Source of the DNA: Deltaproteobacteria bacterium
Lineage (GTDB): Bacteria > Chloroflexota > Dehalococcoidia > Dehalococcoidales > BS750m-G39
Assembly (NCBI GenBank): GCA_030603275.1
Contig: JAUVYB010000007.1
Span: forward strand, 2,264 to 66,263
Direction: 5' to 3'
Length of the DNA: 64,000 nucleotides
Numbering within the stretch: the stretch's first letter is position 1; the number at the start of each line of letters is the position of its first letter. Both the position numbers and the translations under genes were made by a program. Positions 61,024 to 64,000 of the stretch are shown here, in pieces. The notes below the pieces were generated by a model, which was not told the origin of the DNA, did no database searches, and saw only the letters and a program-made list of their open reading frames with translations.

Positions 61024-62526
61024 TCACGTGGCGGTGAACGCGGTCAGGGTTATGGTGCTGGTTTTTTCCACCCCATCGGTAAAGGTACCCGTCTCCAGCT
61101 TTAGTTCCCACTTTTTAATTCCAGATGTGGCTAAATCTGATATAAAACCCTGGTCGCTGTTGGTCAGGGTAACCATCTCATCCTCATCCCCCTCCTTCCC
61201 CGCTTTCATTCTGGCTTCACCAACCCCCGGGCTTGTGCTTACCAGTGTCCAACCATCTCCCCCGCTGAAGTCTGTTGCCCTGATTGAGATGTCCACCGCC
61301 TCGGTGCCATTATTGGTCATGGTGAAGTAGCAGTCATCACCTGACAGGTCCCAATTGGGCTCGCTGCCGTTTGACCAGTAGGAGCTGTTTTCGGAGACGG
61401 GGCCAAAGTCCTTGCTGGTGGGGTCATTGACTATGTCCGGCTCTTCGCTATCTACAGTAGCTATTGGCTCCGGGGAGGCGTATTTGCGGACTCTAACATT
61501 ATCAAATCTGGCCCATTCTCCGTAATGATTGGCTAGCCCGATTTCCCCCGGTCCTGAATATCGTGGAAAGTGCGGAGCGGCGTTTATGTTGGACATAAGA
61601 GTATCGTTGCTGTATATCCGGAATCTCCAGTTGTTTACCGACAGCTTGGCTTTTTGCCACTGGTCGGCTATACCGAATCTGGTTACCGCCCCACCAAACC
61701 CGCTCCAATTGTTATATGGAGGCTTCATCCAGGGTGTTTCGGTTCCGGAACGGGTATCCCACCTTCCCTTGTAGCCGATATTTGCCGGGTAATTCCCTCT
61801 GAAGATTATTTCGGGGAGCGCATTTGTTGTCGGGTAGACATCAGCCTCGATTATCCCATTTTGAAAGCCGGCGTAGGTCGCATCCGAGCCAATAACCGCC
61901 ATTCCATAGGGAGAACCACTCGTAGAGCCTCCGCTGATTTCGAGGCACGGGGCTGGACTGCCATAGCTGGCGTTAATATATACATCGGTATCTATGTGGA
62001 CATTCCATTTGCTCAAAGTGCCACTGAAATCATCAAAGAAGTCAAAGGTGGCGCTTCCATCGCTTGAGCTGCCGGCGGCGGCGTTGCCATAATACATAAA
62101 AATTGTTGATGTTCCTGAGGCCGTTACCTCCACCCAGATTCTTGAGGTGCCGGTGTTATCCCAGGATTCCACCCAGTAATCCTGAAGTGCCGCCCCGCCT
62201 GAGCAGGTAAAGCGAATATCCGAGCCATCGGCCTTAATATTGGCGTAAGGATTACCCATTGTACCGGTAGTAAGGGTAACCAGGACCTGATAATCGGCGG
62301 CGGATGTTATCGGACTTAAGTTTATAGCCCGGCGATAGCTCCAGCCGGGTAGCCAGTCAGGACTGGCATAGGCAACCCCGGAGCCGACGGAGAGGGAGAC
62401 CGTGCTCTCGAAGGAGAGCGTGCCAATGCCCTCTATGCTCACCTGTCGGGCGGGCATGAAAATACTGACCAGAGTCAGCCCCACTACCACTGGAATAATT
62501 ATCAGCAACTTTTTCAGTAACTTCAC
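61024..62526 (-). CDS. DUF2341 plus LamG/concanavalin-like secreted protein (500 aa) with the shared leader and shared C-terminal beta module
   Basis: GTG start. WSYRRAINL...DYQVLVTL...ADGSDIRF...LQDYWVESWDNTGTSRIWVEV...IFMYYGN is the DUF2341 signature. C-terminus DFGPVSE...YFTMTNNGTEAVDISI...GGDGWTLVST...KKWELKLETGTFTDGVEKTSTITLTAFTAT. Confidence 0.75.
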   Translation of the reverse strand: MKLLKKLLIIIPVVVGLTLVSIFMPARQVSIEGIGTLSFESTVSLSVGSGVAYASPDWLPGWSYRRAINLSPITSAADYQVLVTLTTGTMGNPYANIKADGSDIRFTCSGGAALQDYWVESWDNTGTSRIWVEVTASGTSTIFMYYGNAAAGSSSDGSATFDFFDDFSGTLSKWNVHIDTDVYINASYGSPAPCLEISGGSTSGSPYGMAVIGSDATYAGFQNGIIEADVYPTTNALPEIIFRGNYPANIGYKGRWDTRSGTETPWMKPPYNNWSGFGGAVTRFGIADQWQKAKLSVNNWRFRIYSNDTLMSNINAAPHFPRYSGPGEIGLANHYGEWARFDNVRVRKYASPEPIATVDSEEPDIVNDPTSKDFGPVSENSSYWSNGSEPNWDLSGDDCYFTMTNNGTEAVDISIRATDFSGGDGWTLVSTSPGVGEARMKAGKEGDEDEMVTLTNSDQGFISDLATSGIKKWELKLETGTFTDGVEKTSTITLTAFTAT

Positions 62527-62704
62527 CTTATTTTCTGGTCATACCCCCGGCAGTAACCGCCCACCGGGCTGCCACCATCAAGCTCAACTTGCCAGGTGGC
62601 AAGTTAGCTTTTCTTTGTTTAACTTACTTAAACTTAATTCAGGTTAGTGTAATTTATCATAAGTTACTATAAATTCTGCCAAATGGCAAGTCCCCCATAT
62701 ACTT
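62365..62704 (-). repeat. Copy B of the duplicated promoter/leader/signal-peptide cassette
   Basis: Aligns with 60633-60971 (see copy A). Confidence 0.9.
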
Positions 62705-62802
62705 AATGTGATTAAAATTGCTCCTGTAAAATTTATCATTTAATTACCCCTGTTTCTTGACGGCTGGGGCTAACGGTTATACAATGGCTTGGTTTGAAAA
62801 AA

Positions 62803-64000
62803 ATGACCAGGAAATACGATGTTATCATTATTGGCGGCGGTCCGGCGGCTATCTTTGCCGCCCTGGAGCTGTCTCAGGCTTCCGGCCTGAGTATATTGCT
62901 TATAGAAAAGGGCAGGGACATTGATAAGCGCCAGTGCCCGGCCAGAGATACCGGTGGTTCCTGTATCTCCTGTCCGCTCTGCAATCTGGTCTGCGGGCTG
63001 GGTGGGGCCGGTGCTTTTAGTGACGGCAAGCTGACCCTGACCTCACGGGTGGGGGGCCGCTTGAGCGAATACCTGGGGGAGAGCCAGACGGAAGCCCTTA
63101 TCGGCTATGCCGATAATATATACCTGGGGTTTGGCGCCCCGGATAAGCTTTACGGCACCGGCAAAAAGGTTGGCCCGCTGCGGGAGAAGGCAGAGCTGGC
63201 CGGACTAAAGCTGGTTCCGGTGCCCATCCGCCACCTCGGCACCGACCACTGCCGCCTGGTGCTTAAATCGATGTGGGACTACCTCAGCCCCCGTATTGAA
63301 TACCGGCTGGAGACCGAAGCCTGCAATATCTCTGTTGAAGGAGGCAAGGTCAGGGGGGTTGAGACCGGGGGTGGGGAAAGGTTCGGCTGTGATTACCTTA
63401 TCCTGGCGCCGGGCCGGGAAGGCGCCGACTGGCTGACCACCGAGGCGGAGCGGCTTAAATTAACCATGCACAGCAACCCGGTTGATGTCGGCGTGCGGGT
63501 TGAAGTTCCGGCCACGGTAATGGCCGGACTGACCGACTATCTTTATGAATCGAAGCTGGAGTTCATGTCCCCGAGCTTTGACGACCGGGTGAGGACCTTC
63601 TGCATGTGTCCCGGCGGCGAGGTCATCATGGAGTCCACCGGCGGCGGTGACCCGGTAATCACCGTTAACGGCCACAGCTACGCCGAGCGCAAGACCGGTA
63701 ACACCAACTTTGCCCTGCTGGTGAGTACCGCTTTTACCAAGCCCTTTAACCAGCCTATCGCCTACGGCAAATACCTGGCCCGGCTGGCCAATATCCTGAG
63801 CGGCGGTGTCCTGCTGCAGCGCCTGGGCGACCTGAAGAAGGGGCGGCGCTCTACCCCGGAACGCATTAAGCGGGGTCTGGTAAAGCCCACCCTGAAGGAT
63901 GCTACCCCCGGCGACCTCAGCTTTGCCCTCCCTTATCGCTACCTGACCGGCATCGTGGAGATGCTCCAGGCGATGGACAAGCTGGCTCCGGGCGTTGCCT
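62803..64000 (+). CDS. FAD-dependent oxidoreductase (COG2509-like, uncharacterised dehydrogenase), 3' end off-window
   Basis: Own translation from ATG 62803: MTRKYDVIIIGGGPAAIFAALELS...GGAGAFSDGKLTL...FCMCPGGEV..., open to 64000. Not in the ORF track because it has no in-window stop. Confidence 0.8.
   Translation, partial: MTRKYDVIIIGGGPAAIFAALELSQASGLSILLIEKGRDIDKRQCPARDTGGSCISCPLCNLVCGLGGAGAFSDGKLTLTSRVGGRLSEYLGESQTEALIGYADNIYLGFGAPDKLYGTGKKVGPLREKAELAGLKLVPVPIRHLGTDHCRLVLKSMWDYLSPRIEYRLETEACNISVEGGKVRGVETGGGERFGCDYLILAPGREGADWLTTEAERLKLTMHSNPVDVGVRVEVPATVMAGLTDYLYESKLEFMSPSFDDRVRTFCMCPGGEVIMESTGGGDPVITVNGHSYAERKTGNTNFALLVSTAFTKPFNQPIAYGKYLARLANILSGGVLLQRLGDLKKGRRSTPERIKRGLVKPTLKDATPGDLSFALPYRYLTGIVEMLQAMDKLAPGVA

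Overview
Hand-read of a GC-rich bacterial chromosome segment. All coordinates outside the ORF track were counted by eye, so expect an error of a few nt. Gene content, TM-anchored acidic surface proteins and dense G/C-hairpin intergenic repeats suggest a monoderm Chloroflexota/Dehalococcoidia-like organism, but that is inference only.

Positions 1-44.6 kb are mostly core genes:
- a coxM-S-L-like molybdoenzyme;
- a tungstate/molybdate tupABC-like ABC transporter behind a Moco-type riboswitch with a terminator;
- tRNA-Met;
- a crotonase/3-hydroxyacyl-CoA dehydrogenase/thiolase set;
- corA, a yhhQ-like transporter, nnr, coaX, coaBC, valS, secA, prs, glyA, family-4 UDG, RNase J, ftsK, uvrB, dodecin, yebC-ruvC-ruvA, acpS.

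Four visibly AT-rich single- or two-gene inserts interrupt this core:
- an NYN-domain gene;
- an Mrr-like nuclease-fold gene plus a 3-TM gene;
- an HNH gene;
- one ORF inside the phage-like block.

At least 11 intergenic loci carry a mosaic family of hairpin repeats with compensatory changes.

Positions 44.7-62.8 kb form an accessory block. It holds an Xis/MerR-like HTH gene, a coiled-coil repeat protein and an acidic IPT/TIG surface protein. It also holds a compact 11-gene phage-like head/tail module (portal, scaffold-like, HK97-like capsid, hub-like protein) with no recognisable large terminase, integrase, replication or lysis genes. A five-gene secreted-protein array follows, in which three proteins share a C-terminal module and two genes share a duplicated promoter/leader/signal-peptide cassette with paired palindromes.

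The phage-like module and the surface array are my best candidates for something new. No CRISPR array, rRNA or transposase was seen.
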